Positions 19,323 to 28,498 of a stretch of DNA of 64,000 nucleotides are shown piece by piece (position 1 is the first letter of the stretch; each line of letters begins with the position of its first letter). Position numbers and translations under genes: made by a program. Location of the stretch: positions 62,001 to 126,000 of the IMG/VR virus record IMGVR_UViG_3300035145_003993. One strand, 5' to 3'. Below the pieces are notes generated by a model that was not told the origin of the DNA, did not search any database, and worked only from the letters and a program-made list of their open reading frames with translations.

Positions 19323-20606
19323 ATGATTATTGTAACAGAAAATAAAAAAAATCACTATATGATTAAAAATTTTTTAATTGATTTTAAATCTTATCAAAAT
19401 ATAAATGAGAGTAGTAATGATAAAACTCATAAGTTCCACAAGGCATTTAATGATATGCCTGGACAAGACAATCCTGTTGGTTTTTATCCAAAAGTAAAAG
19501 ATAAAGAAAATGAGATAATCACAGACAAAGATATCACTAGGATTGCAACAGATGAGGAAATAGAATTTGTTGCTAATAAAAATAAAAAATATAAAAAATT
19601 TTTAAACAAATTTATCAATACAGCAAAAGTTTTACCATTTATGGCAGCTGTCTTATTATATAATTCAACACATATAGGATCTCCACAACATTATAAAGCT
19701 GTCGAGTTAATAAATGATGCAAATGAAAACGTTCAAGAAGAAGTTGATTTTAATGAAAAAAAATTATCATTGACAAAAAACGAAAAAGATATATTTATAG
19801 CTATAAAAAATAATCAATATGCATTTGATGGAGTTACTCAACAAAATGAAACTTCTTTGTATAATTTTGAAGGTTTTGCTTCAGAACCTTATAAAGATGC
19901 TGGAGGAATGTCGATAGGTTACGGAACTCAGCTTTTTTCAAAATGGAAAAATCCAAATAACTCAGGTTGGCAAAAAGTATTTTTTGAAAATATTCTAGGT
20001 AATCAAAAAACAAATAATCCAAAAACAGTTATAAGAAATGATATTGAAACAAAATTATCTGATATTACTAGTATTACTAAAAATGAAGCACGTAAAGCTA
20101 TAAATAAAATTCTTAAAAATAGAATAAAGTCTTTAGATTCTTACATTTTAGAACTACCAGGCACAGTACAGTTGGCTTATCTTGATATGACGATTAATAT
20201 GGGAGAAAATTTTAATATGCCAAAGTTTAAATCTCAATTGAAATACACATCAGATTTAATCAAAGAAGGAGAATTTGAAGTAGCAATTCAGGCTTTATCC
20301 GCTTCAATGAATCAAGCAGAGTTTAAAGTTGACCCTAATTATTTATCAATTATGCATTCTGATGATGAAAGTTATGATCCTTCAAAAGAAATTTATAGAT
20401 CTGCTTGGGCTACACAAAGTAAAAAAGCTTATTTAGCTAGTTCTGAAGAAGGAGAAATTCATAGGAGACCAAGATTCCTTTTAAGTTTAATGCAAGAAGG
20501 AGTTGACTTATTAAGAAGTAAATTAAATACTAAAAAAGAAAATACTAAAAAAGATGTTAACGAATCATATAGTATTAAAAGATTATACAAACATTTATTT
20601 GTATAA
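19323..20606 (+). CDS. Protein with a phage lysozyme-like (GH24/pesticin-type) muramidase domain
   Basis: LYNFEGFASEPYKDAGGMSIGYGT has the E-x8-D..T/SIGYG lysozyme signature; LAYLDMTINMG. Confidence 0.7.
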   Translation: MIIVTENKKNHYMIKNFLIDFKSYQNINESSNDKTHKFHKAFNDMPGQDNPVGFYPKVKDKENEIITDKDITRIATDEEIEFVANKNKKYKKFLNKFINTAKVLPFMAAVLLYNSTHIGSPQHYKAVELINDANENVQEEVDFNEKKLSLTKNEKDIFIAIKNNQYAFDGVTQQNETSLYNFEGFASEPYKDAGGMSIGYGTQLFSKWKNPNNSGWQKVFFENILGNQKTNNPKTVIRNDIETKLSDITSITKNEARKAINKILKNRIKSLDSYILELPGTVQLAYLDMTINMGENFNMPKFKSQLKYTSDLIKEGEFEVAIQALSASMNQAEFKVDPNYLSIMHSDDESYDPSKEIYRSAWATQSKKAYLASSEEGEIHRRPRFLLSLMQEGVDLLRSKLNTKKENTKKDVNESYSIKRLYKHLFV

Positions 20607-20617
20607 GAAAGAAAAAA

Positions 20618-21370
20618 ATGAAAAAATCACTATTATTGTTCACTTTATTTTTGACAAACTTTGCTTTTGGTCAAGTTAACATAGAATCTATTAGAAATAA
20701 TGATAAACAAAAACCTCTTTGGGGAGAAGTTAAAGGTGGTTTAGAACTCCAAAGAGGAAATGTAGATATTACTTCTTTTGATTTAGATATCTTAGTTCAT
20801 TATAAAAAAAAGAAACATCATATCTTTTTACAATCAAAAAACTCTCAAGGGCAACAGGATGATAAAAAGTTTAAAAATAATTCTTTTATACATCTTAGAT
20901 GGACTTGGATGACCTGGGATATAATAGGTTTAGAACTTTTTACACAACTTCAACAAGATGAATTTAAATCACTCAAAATAAGACAATTAAATGGCGGTGG
21001 CTTTAGAGCTGAAGTATTAAAAAGAAAAGATTTTTCTTTAAGTTTAGGAACAGGAGTAATGTTAGATTACGAAGAAGTAGCTGAAAAAGAAAAAAGTTCT
21101 TTTTTTCGTAGTACTTCTTACTTAACCCTTATAAAATATTTTGATAAAAAGAAAAATAATTTAACGCTGTTTACACTTTACTATCAACCTTTATTTATCA
21201 ATGTAAACGATTATAGGATTAATCTAGAAGCAAACGTCCGTACAATTTTAATATCTTCTTGGAATATCTTTGTGGACAATTCAATTAATTATCTTTATGA
21301 TACAAAACCGCCTGAAGGTATTAATACAAATGATTTAATCATAAAAACTAATATTACATACACTTGGTAA
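20618..21370 (+). CDS. DUF481-like outer-membrane beta-barrel protein
   Basis: Signal peptide; amphipathic strands; GGLELQRGNVD; FTQLQQDEF; C-terminal TNITYTW ends in an aromatic residue (BAM signal). Confidence 0.75.
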   Translation: MKKSLLLFTLFLTNFAFGQVNIESIRNNDKQKPLWGEVKGGLELQRGNVDITSFDLDILVHYKKKKHHIFLQSKNSQGQQDDKKFKNNSFIHLRWTWMTWDIIGLELFTQLQQDEFKSLKIRQLNGGGFRAEVLKRKDFSLSLGTGVMLDYEEVAEKEKSSFFRSTSYLTLIKYFDKKKNNLTLFTLYYQPLFINVNDYRINLEANVRTILISSWNIFVDNSINYLYDTKPPEGINTNDLIIKTNITYTW

Positions 21371-21373
21371 ATT

Positions 21374-21625
21374 TTAATTATTTTCTATATACTCGAATAT
21401 CTCTTCACAACTATTTATTTTTTTTATTTCTTCTAAACTTATATCACCACAACTTTTAACATAATGAATCGCTCCACGATGTAAACCTAAGCAATCTGTT
21501 ACAATATTTTTAATTTGATCACAGAGTGTAATTTTGTTACTTATATCTTCTTTATTATCAACTTCAGAACATGAAAGCGTAAAAGTAAAGAAAAACGCAA
21601 AACATATAATTATTTTTTTTAACAT
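21374..21625 (-). CDS. Putative lipoprotein
   Basis: MLKK-hydrophobic-TLSC lipobox; further Cys residues. Confidence 0.55.
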   Translation of the reverse strand: MLKKIIICFAFFFTFTLSCSEVDNKEDISNKITLCDQIKNIVTDCLGLHRGAIHYVKSCGDISLEEIKKINSCEEIFEYIENN

Positions 21626-21659
21626 TGTAAACTTCCTGTCAAATCCATATGATCTATAT

Positions 21660-21800
21660 ATGGACTATAAAATAACAAGTAAAGAACTTACATGCATAAA
21701 CATACTTATTAAAGTATTAGAAGAAGCAATAAATAGAAATTGCTTTACTGAAAAAGAAGTAAATAATATACTAAAAACAATCGATACATTAACTAAATGA
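21660..21800 (+). CDS. Small hypothetical protein (likely start 21660)
   Basis: MDYKITSKELTCINILIKVLEEAINRNCFTEKE. The track's upstream extension overlaps an antisense gene. Confidence 0.45.
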   Translation: MDYKITSKELTCINILIKVLEEAINRNCFTEKEVNNILKTIDTLTK

Positions 21801-21809
21801 TATATAATT

Positions 21810-22790
21810 TTAAATATTTACATCAAAATCTAAAATTCTTATCGACTCGGGAGAAGCATTTTCAATATTACTTAAAACAATTCCAATATTATCTTCATGT
21901 AAATCTGACGTTGTAATATAACCTAAAATTTTTTTAAAGAAAATTATATCTTTTCCAAAATCTACTTCACTAAAATCTTTAACCAAAGATAATTTAGACA
22001 TTTGTTCATAAATTGTTTGGTTACTTATATTAGGAAAAATTGAATCTAATTTTCCTGTTCTTTTTATTTTAGACACTTTTTCTTTAATCTCTTCCCCAAA
22101 TTCAGGAAATAGTTTTGTAAAAGATAAATAATCCCGGTGTAAATCATAATCACTTAAATCTAATTTTGATTTTTTTAATTTTCTTCTTTCAAAATGTACT
22201 AAACTCATCAACGTTTTTGTAATAAACTCTTTAAAATTTTTAGAGTCTTTTTTAAATTTATTATTTTCTCCTTCTAAACAATTCCAAAAAGTTGGAAAAA
22301 TTTTCTTTAATAAATTTAAATCTTGTATTTTATCTAATTGAACAACTTTTTCGCTAATTACCCACCAAGGATTTGAGTTAATTTTGTCCCAAGAATATAT
22401 TTGTACAAATCCTTCTTGAGCACCTGATCCATGTTTTCTATTAATTTGTATATCTAATTCTTTTTTATTATTTATTGCACCTGAAATGTTCATTGCAATT
22501 TTTAAAACCCATGGACTATTATTTAAAGAATAACCTTCTCTACTTAATCCTTGCCCTATTAAATTAATATTGTCTTTGTATAAAGTATTTTCTAACTTTT
22601 GATAAATCAAAGAAGTCTTGTCACGATAATAGTCATAATCATCTTCAGAGACAGATTCTTTAAATTTTAATATGACATTTTGCAGCATATCAGAATATTT
22701 TTTTATCTCTTTATCATCTGAAGATTTGAGGCTTTCATTTAAAAACTTGTTCCAGTCTTCGATTAATAAATTCCATTCTTTATTATTCAT
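21810..22790 (-). CDS. Protein-kinase-like-fold enzyme with N-terminal WNKFLNE leader
   Basis: GQGLSREGY (Gly loop), VLKIA (VAIK Lys), DLHEDNIG (catalytic loop), RILDFD (DFG-like). Confidence 0.75.
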   Translation of the reverse strand: MNNKEWNLLIEDWNKFLNESLKSSDDKEIKKYSDMLQNVILKFKESVSEDDYDYYRDKTSLIYQKLENTLYKDNINLIGQGLSREGYSLNNSPWVLKIAMNISGAINNKKELDIQINRKHGSGAQEGFVQIYSWDKINSNPWWVISEKVVQLDKIQDLNLLKKIFPTFWNCLEGENNKFKKDSKNFKEFITKTLMSLVHFERRKLKKSKLDLSDYDLHRDYLSFTKLFPEFGEEIKEKVSKIKRTGKLDSIFPNISNQTIYEQMSKLSLVKDFSEVDFGKDIIFFKKILGYITTSDLHEDNIGIVLSNIENASPESIRILDFDVNI

Positions 22791-22883
22791 AATTTTCTTT
22801 CTGATTTTTGAAATATTATATTATATATTTTACAATATAATTAAAAGAAAATTAAAATAACTTAAACGTAGTAATTTTAAATT

Positions 22884-23237
22884 TTAACCGTCAAATTCAT
22901 CATCGTCAGGAAAAGGATTCCCTTCAGTATCAAGTCCTATATTAAAGAGCATGTTTTCATTATATCTATTAAGAAAATCATTGATTTCTTCATTTGAAAT
23001 ATTTCTTCCCGTCAATTGTCTTCCAAATCTTCTTAAAAATTCTCGATTGTTATTTGCTCTTTCTTCATCTGATCGTTTAATATCTTCAATTTGGCTTTCA
23101 ACGTCTGAAAGAGCTAAACTTGTTGGATCTTGTCCATCATCTGGTAGAGGTGCAAAAATATCATCATCATCATTATAATTGTTTTCTGCAATAACTTTTC
23201 TTATAATACTTCTTAACTTACTCTCTGTTATTTTCAT
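22884..23237 (-). CDS. Hypothetical protein with MKITESKLRSIIRKVIAE leader
   Basis: SD AGGAG; leader shared with 24883-25380 and 25490-25951. Confidence 0.65.
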   Translation of the reverse strand: MKITESKLRSIIRKVIAENNYNDDDDIFAPLPDDGQDPTSLALSDVESQIEDIKRSDEERANNNREFLRRFGRQLTGRNISNEEINDFLNRYNENMLFNIGLDTEGNPFPDDDEFDG

Positions 23238-23371
23238 ATAAACTCCTATTAAGTCTTATTTTATATATTATTATTTATATATATTATTGTTTAAATAAAT
23301 ATCATATAAATTATGAATATAGATTAAGGTCATCCAGAAAATAGACACCTTATTCGAGAAATAATTTACTT

Positions 23372-23917
23372 TTATACTTCAATAAAGTCAATAAACGACG
23401 ATTCACGTAATTTTTTCAATACAATCAACTCGCCAACTTTATAATAACACTTAGATAAAGAACTATCAATATCTCCTGAAAGTTGATGATACTCAATATC
23501 AGGCCTCATCATATACTTATCCCACACACTTTTAGCATCATCAGACACTTTACCACGATCACTCATCAAACAAACACCCTCCTCCGACGCCTTTTCAATC
23601 AATATTTCATAAAGTAAAGGCCCAAAACCTTTAGTCACAGGAAAAGTCTCAAATATAAAAAAGTTTCCTGATGATCTTTCACTCAATTCTCTTTCAAAAT
23701 CAATCGCTCCACTCACCACATCATCCTTAACATCATACTCAACTCGACCATAGTCTCCATCCAGATCGTATACAATCTTAACCTTACTCCCGTTTCGAGA
23801 TATTTCTTCAAGATTGTTAACAATCCTTAATATACTCTCTACACTCGCTACTTCAAAGCTCTCACTTAAAGAAACACGCCATCCTTCAACTAACTCTCGA
23901 TACTCTTTTCGATTCAT
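23372..23917 (-). CDS. GNAT-like acetyltransferase-fold protein with leader
   Basis: KGFGPLLYEILIE...LMSDRGKVSDDAKSVWDKY fits GNAT motif A plus S-x-x-A-x-x-W; coding strand is very C-poor. Confidence 0.6.
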   Translation of the reverse strand: MNRKEYRELVEGWRVSLSESFEVASVESILRIVNNLEEISRNGSKVKIVYDLDGDYGRVEYDVKDDVVSGAIDFERELSERSSGNFFIFETFPVTKGFGPLLYEILIEKASEEGVCLMSDRGKVSDDAKSVWDKYMMRPDIEYHQLSGDIDSSLSKCYYKVGELIVLKKLRESSFIDFIEV

Positions 23918-23957
23918 AAGTTAAATCCTGTTTGATTTTTTTACTCTGTCTATATAT

Positions 23958-23999
23958 TTAAAAAATAAAATTTTGAATATAATTTTCTAATAACTTCAT
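23958..23999 (-). CDS. 13-aa mini-ORF MKLLENYIQNFIF (leader-like remnant)
   Basis: AAAGGA SD upstream; resembles KILLESYILN of the adjacent gene. Confidence 0.3.
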   Translation of the reverse strand: MKLLENYIQNFIF

Positions 24000-24040
24000 A
24001 TAAAATTCCTTTAATTATATAGTAAATATTTATTAAAATT

Positions 24041-24886
24041 CTAAGTTAAACTATTTAAACAAACAACGTTGTTTTGAAAAAGACCAATTATTTTTTTCCA
24101 CACTTCTAAAGAATCACTGTGAAAATTTTGATAAAATTCATTAAAATCTTCATAATCTTCCATTTTATCTCTAAATATATTTTCATCAACTTGATTAATA
24201 TGTCTGTTTATAATAGTAAAAGCTCCTAAACTTGGAATAAAATCCATACCACCAACGCCTTCAGTAAAACCATAATGTTTTAAAAATATCAAAGCATCGT
24301 TCTGATATATTGTTGACAGTTCACGATATCCATTTACATCTTTTAACATTGAATACTTATTTATAATATCTTTAGTAGATCTTGACATTTTATAATCTTT
24401 ATAATCATACCACCCTACGAAATCGACAATTCTATGCCAAATATCATGTACCATCCAATCTAAATTATCTTGAACTAAATTAACTTTCCCTTTATCAAGG
24501 AAATTTCCAACATTAATACAGATAAATACGGGTAATTCATCTTCAAATTCTCCACCAACACTGTCAATATCTTTCTTAGGAATAAATGACTTAATATGAT
24601 CAATTATGTTTTCATTCTTTTCGAAAATATAACATTGTTTGTGTATAAATTCAAATTGTTCATCACTCAAATATACTCTTTTTGAACCATCATATTGATC
24701 AAACATATTCGAAAATAATTTCTGATCACAGTTTATACCTATTAGCCACGCATTAAGATCAAAATTTTCTTGAGAAACTTTTTCTTTCGATAGATTTTTG
24801 TTTAACTGAAATTTGCTAAAACGTCCTTTTTCAAGTAAAAGGTTTAAAATATAACTTTCTAACAATATTTTTTCTTTTTTATTCAT
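24041..24886 (-). CDS. Hypothetical protein with LLESYILNLLLE leader
   Basis: 281 aa; contains WMVHDIWH (HD-like, possibly metal-binding). Confidence 0.6.
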   Translation of the reverse strand: MNKKEKILLESYILNLLLEKGRFSKFQLNKNLSKEKVSQENFDLNAWLIGINCDQKLFSNMFDQYDGSKRVYLSDEQFEFIHKQCYIFEKNENIIDHIKSFIPKKDIDSVGGEFEDELPVFICINVGNFLDKGKVNLVQDNLDWMVHDIWHRIVDFVGWYDYKDYKMSRSTKDIINKYSMLKDVNGYRELSTIYQNDALIFLKHYGFTEGVGGMDFIPSLGAFTIINRHINQVDENIFRDKMEDYEDFNEFYQNFHSDSLEVWKKIIGLFQNNVVCLNSLT

Positions 24887-25380
24887 TTGTCAATTCTATT
24901 TCCAAATTTATTATATTTGTTACCAAAAAAAGCTTTTCTAAATGAATCAATTTTTTTCTTATTTTCAAGATCAATTATTTTTTTTGAACTTTCTCTTGCA
25001 TCATATAACGATTTTGTTTTTAAATCAAAACCTTCAAGATAACTTATTGCGTCATTCACACATTCTTTAAATTCTATAGGATTCTCACTTTTTGTATGTT
25101 CTTCATATAGAAAATTTATAAATTTATGAAAATGTCCAGGGTCATTATAAACTTCTTTTGTCAAATTACTTAGGTCTTCACCATTAATTTTTACAAAGAC
25201 ACCAGTGTTAGGTGACATATTAATATTAAAGTATTGATCATCTTTTATAGGAAAGTTATTTTTTAATTCTCTTTCCATTTCTTCGAAAAATTTTTCTTTT
25301 GTATTATATTTTGTTATAGAACTAGATTCTTTAATTATTTGTCTTATAAGACTTCTTAATTTGTTCTCTGTTATTCTCAC
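24883..25380 (-). CDS. Hypothetical protein with MRITENKLRSLIRQIIKE leader
   Basis: GTG start with AGGAG SD. Confidence 0.65.
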   Translation of the reverse strand: MRITENKLRSLIRQIIKESSSITKYNTKEKFFEEMERELKNNFPIKDDQYFNINMSPNTGVFVKINGEDLSNLTKEVYNDPGHFHKFINFLYEEHTKSENPIEFKECVNDAISYLEGFDLKTKSLYDARESSKKIIDLENKKKIDSFRKAFFGNKYNKFGNRIDK

Positions 25381-25489
25381 GTTAACTCCTAAATAACTTT
25401 ATTTATAAATCTATATATTATCTTATATTATAAATTAAAGTCTATTCGTGATAAACGTAAGACAATCTTTTTACTTAATACTGAATTTT

Positions 25490-25951
25490 TTAACTCATTA
25501 ATTTTTTAAACTCAACTAAAACTTCTTTAATGTTTTCACTCATTTTTACAATGTCATATAAAAATATATTATTATGATCAATTTCAACTCTTACTACAGC
25601 ATAATAATCAGGTTCTGGGAATTTAAGTTGATATGGTTCTGCTTTCACCAATAAATATCCACACTCGCCCATATTATCTCGACTCCAAATTGCATTATGT
25701 CTAACAAATTCATTTGTAAACAAAGCAGCCGTATATGCATCATGTCCTAAATCCAATCCTAAATCCAATCGATCAGAAATCTTGTGTCCAATAGTAACTA
25801 ATTCGTCTCTAAGCGTATCTTCATCTAATTTCTTTACAAACAAATCAGTAAAAATTTCTTTTTCATCACGATCATGTAGGTTTTCTTCACCATATGACTC
25901 TTTAATTACTTGACGAATAATATTTCTTAATCTACTCTCTGTTATTTTCAT
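25490..25951 (-). CDS. Hypothetical protein with MKITESRLRNIIRQVIKE leader
   Basis: AGGAG SD; last minus-strand gene before the divergence point. Confidence 0.65.
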   Translation of the reverse strand: MKITESRLRNIIRQVIKESYGEENLHDRDEKEIFTDLFVKKLDEDTLRDELVTIGHKISDRLDLGLDLGHDAYTAALFTNEFVRHNAIWSRDNMGECGYLLVKAEPYQLKFPEPDYYAVVRVEIDHNNIFLYDIVKMSENIKEVLVEFKKLMS

Positions 25952-26040
25952 TTTTTTCTCCTAATGAAATCTTATAACTTATAATATATATCTTTTATAA
26001 TATAAAAAAAATTTAATTTATATAAACGTTGTGACTCAAG

Positions 26041-26460
26041 AGCCACTCCTTCTACATCAAAACTCAAACAAAACAGTCATAACACACTTCAAACATTCTT
26101 AAAACTTCAAATATATACACTTTTAAAAATTTCATATAAACCTCTTCAATTCTTATTTAAAATTTGGATCCAAATTTATCTCTGTTAAATCTTTTAATCC
26201 ACTTCAATTAAAACACACATCAACTCAATCAAGTCTTTACTCACACAATTCTCAAATCAAATCACACATACCTCACACCTCCTTCAGCAAACTCAAAAAC
26301 TTTTCAAAATTTTTCTCCGGAAATTTTTCCCGAAAAACCACTTTTTACTTTTTACACTTCGCCACATTTTTTGCCCACATACACACACATATAACACGTC
26401 TTATCTAATACACACTTCTCTCACATTTACACTTTCTCACACTTTCTTTTATATGTGGTA
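26041..26460. other. Non-coding G-depleted (CA/CT-rich) tract
   Basis: 16 G in 420 nt on the + strand (manual count); no ORF >=60 aa. Confidence 0.8.
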
Positions 26461-26543
26461 CAAGGTATTCACTTATACTACATCTCTCGAGTAAAAAATT
26501 TTCTCGGAAAAAAATTGGCTAGTCGGTTAGCGCTTTTTTCGCG

Positions 26544-26638
26544 GTTACACTTCAGAGAGTTAACGCTGGGGCCTCCCCCAGGGGGGCCTCAGAAGCGCCC
26601 AGTTACACCCCGGGGCATAGAGGGGCATCAAGTGTAAC
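26544..26638. repeat. GC-rich palindrome flanked by GTGTAAC boxes in both orientations
   Basis: GGCCTCCCCCAGGGGGGCC hairpin at 26570-26588; GTTACAC at 26544 and 26602; GTGTAAC at 26632. Confidence 0.75.
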
Positions 26639-26689
26639 TCGAGCGATTGAAATACACAAGCTTTCGAGGCATGACCAAATTGATCGGTC

Positions 26690-27005
26690 AAGTGTAACTC
26701 ATCCCTGAAAATGGTATAATAAACCATAAGGGGGGAACAGGAACAACGGATTCCTAAAGGTTAAAATAAAAAAAACCTCAAGCCTTAAAAAACTTTTTGA
26801 AAACTAGGAATAAAAACTTCAGGCATTAATAAGTGTAACCCTATAATAATAGGTTTATAATAAACCATAAGGAACAACGGTTCCAATAAGGACAAATTAA
26901 AAAAATCCTTCAAGTTTAAAAAACTCTTTGAAAATTAGGAAATAAAAACCCAGCATTAATAAGTGTAACTTTTAAATATATAATTTATTATAAACCATAA
27001 GGTAT
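26690..27005 (+). repeat. Tandem about 130-140-bp imperfect repeat, each unit carrying a promoter
   Basis: GTGTAA at 26692, 26833 and 26963. Shared AACAACGG(A)TTCC, TTAAAAAACTyTTTGAAAAyTAGGAA and GCATTAATAAGTGTAAC segments. Confidence 0.9.
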
Positions 27006-27067
27006 AAAGGCCTTATTAAATAATCTTTAACTTACCTACAACCCTATTATAAAAGGATTAAATTAAA

Positions 27068-27679
27068 ATGGAAAACTCAACACTAATGCAACAATTGTTT
27101 CAAGATTACATTCAAAACGGTGGTCAACCTAAAATTACCAGTTTCCGTTTGCATCTTGAAAAGCTAATGAAAACAGAAATCAAGCCCCTTTGCGGAGGTT
27201 CAAGAAGACTTGCCCCAGGAGCTCATGATTGGAGAAACGAATTAAAAGATCGATTTGGAGGTCGAGGTAATAAATGGATGAAAGTTTCCATTGAGGAAAT
27301 TAATCCATCTCTCGATAAATTTGATGCTGAAGGTTATGATACAGAAGATTACCGATCTCATATCGAACGAGCCGGTTTCGCTTGGATTCGATATTATGGA
27401 CCAAAGCTTAATAATGGAATTAAGGTCGCGGCATTTACTGTTCATACATTTGATGCAACAATTTATCAGCCTCAAACTCAGCACTATATACCGGTTGATC
27501 GTTTGGATGAAACAATTGAACCATTAAATGGAACTCCATTCAGCCTAAAGCTTGAAGAAGCTGGATCGATCGTTCAAAATGATACTGATGATGAAGTTAC
27601 TCCTTTAGATGAGGAATCCGCGAACTTAAACGATGAAATCCTAAGTCAAATCCAAGATTTGGAACTAGAGGACCTCTAA
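27068..27679 (+). CDS. Early protein, paralogous family A (copy 1)
   Basis: FRLHLEK..KPLCG..WR..L..RF.GRG.KW..AWIRYYGP..LNGTPFSLKLE, acidic tail; AAAGGA SD. Confidence 0.85.
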   Translation: MENSTLMQQLFQDYIQNGGQPKITSFRLHLEKLMKTEIKPLCGGSRRLAPGAHDWRNELKDRFGGRGNKWMKVSIEEINPSLDKFDAEGYDTEDYRSHIERAGFAWIRYYGPKLNNGIKVAAFTVHTFDATIYQPQTQHYIPVDRLDETIEPLNGTPFSLKLEEAGSIVQNDTDDEVTPLDEESANLNDEILSQIQDLELEDL

Positions 27680-27935
27680 GATCACCGGGATAATATAAAC
27701 TCCCATGATGCCCGTATCGTTTGATTGAAGTCATAAATAAATCTGAACTGATAGTTTGGATGGTCAAACGATAAAACTTTACTTTGATTATTTGCTTATA
27801 ATATAAGTGTAATGATAAATGAATCGTTCAACATTTAAAATGATTGTTCGATCGATTAAGAACTTTTAGTGTAATTGATCGTTTGATTAATTATAATTTA
27901 TAATCTCAACTCATTCATTTAAGGAATCGTCGTTA

Positions 27936-28190
27936 ATGGAAGAATACTCAACCCCTCTATGTCTTATTACATCGTTCTTTTTGTCAATCTTCGCTTACAC
28001 TTCGTCTCAGTCAAACGAATTACCTATCCAGCATTTAGAGTTCGATGAAATGATCATTGAACCGAGTGAATCGATGAAACGATCAATACAGATAATCGAA
28101 TTCGACGATCATGTCATCGTTTCTAGGTCAATCGCTTTAGCTGACAAAAACGAAGATGACGATGAAGACGACGAAGATTATGGATGCTAA
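27936..28190 (+). CDS. Small secreted/membrane protein with acidic tail
   Basis: Hydrophobic N-terminus, repeated IQ..EFD motif; downstream of promoter 27869. Confidence 0.6.
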   Translation: MEEYSTPLCLITSFFLSIFAYTSSQSNELPIQHLEFDEMIIEPSESMKRSIQIIEFDDHVIVSRSIALADKNEDDDEDDEDYGC

Positions 28191-28336
28191 TATCTAGTCA
28201 ATCGTTATAAAAGTAATGCTTCAAGATTCAAACGACCAGCTTCATCACATTTTCTCTCAAGTGTAACTCATCGTTTTATGAAGTATAATATATCATAAGG
28301 TCCAACAAATTAATCAACCACCCAAAAGGATTTAAT

Positions 28337-28498
28337 ATGTACAAAGTAATTAATCAAGAACTAGAAAAGTTTGTTAAATCATTTAAAACTCGTCAAGAGG
28401 CTGAAGTTTATATCGCTCGACAAGGGAACAAGACTTACGAACTACTTGATCGTCAATACCCAGTTTATATCATCGCATCTTCATCACCTTCTAAATAA
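28337..28498 (+). CDS. 53-aa hypothetical early protein (not in the track)
   Basis: MYKVINQELEKFVKSFKTRQEAE...; AAAGGA SD after promoter 28261. Confidence 0.65.
   Translation: MYKVINQELEKFVKSFKTRQEAEVYIARQGNKTYELLDRQYPVYIIASSSPSK

Noticed and set aside
4912-25490. A defined late-promoter consensus (ATATTTA/ATAATTA-like) upstream of minus-strand genes
   Set aside because: Candidates are visible but cannot be told from background in such AT-rich intergenic DNA without motif statistics.
26455-26637. 60-aa ORF across the GC-rich palindrome
   Set aside because: Open only because local GC is high; no SD; overlaps regulatory-looking repeats.
27807-27812. Extra promoter at GTGTAA 27807
   Set aside because: No -10 hexamer at 17-18 nt; not counted.
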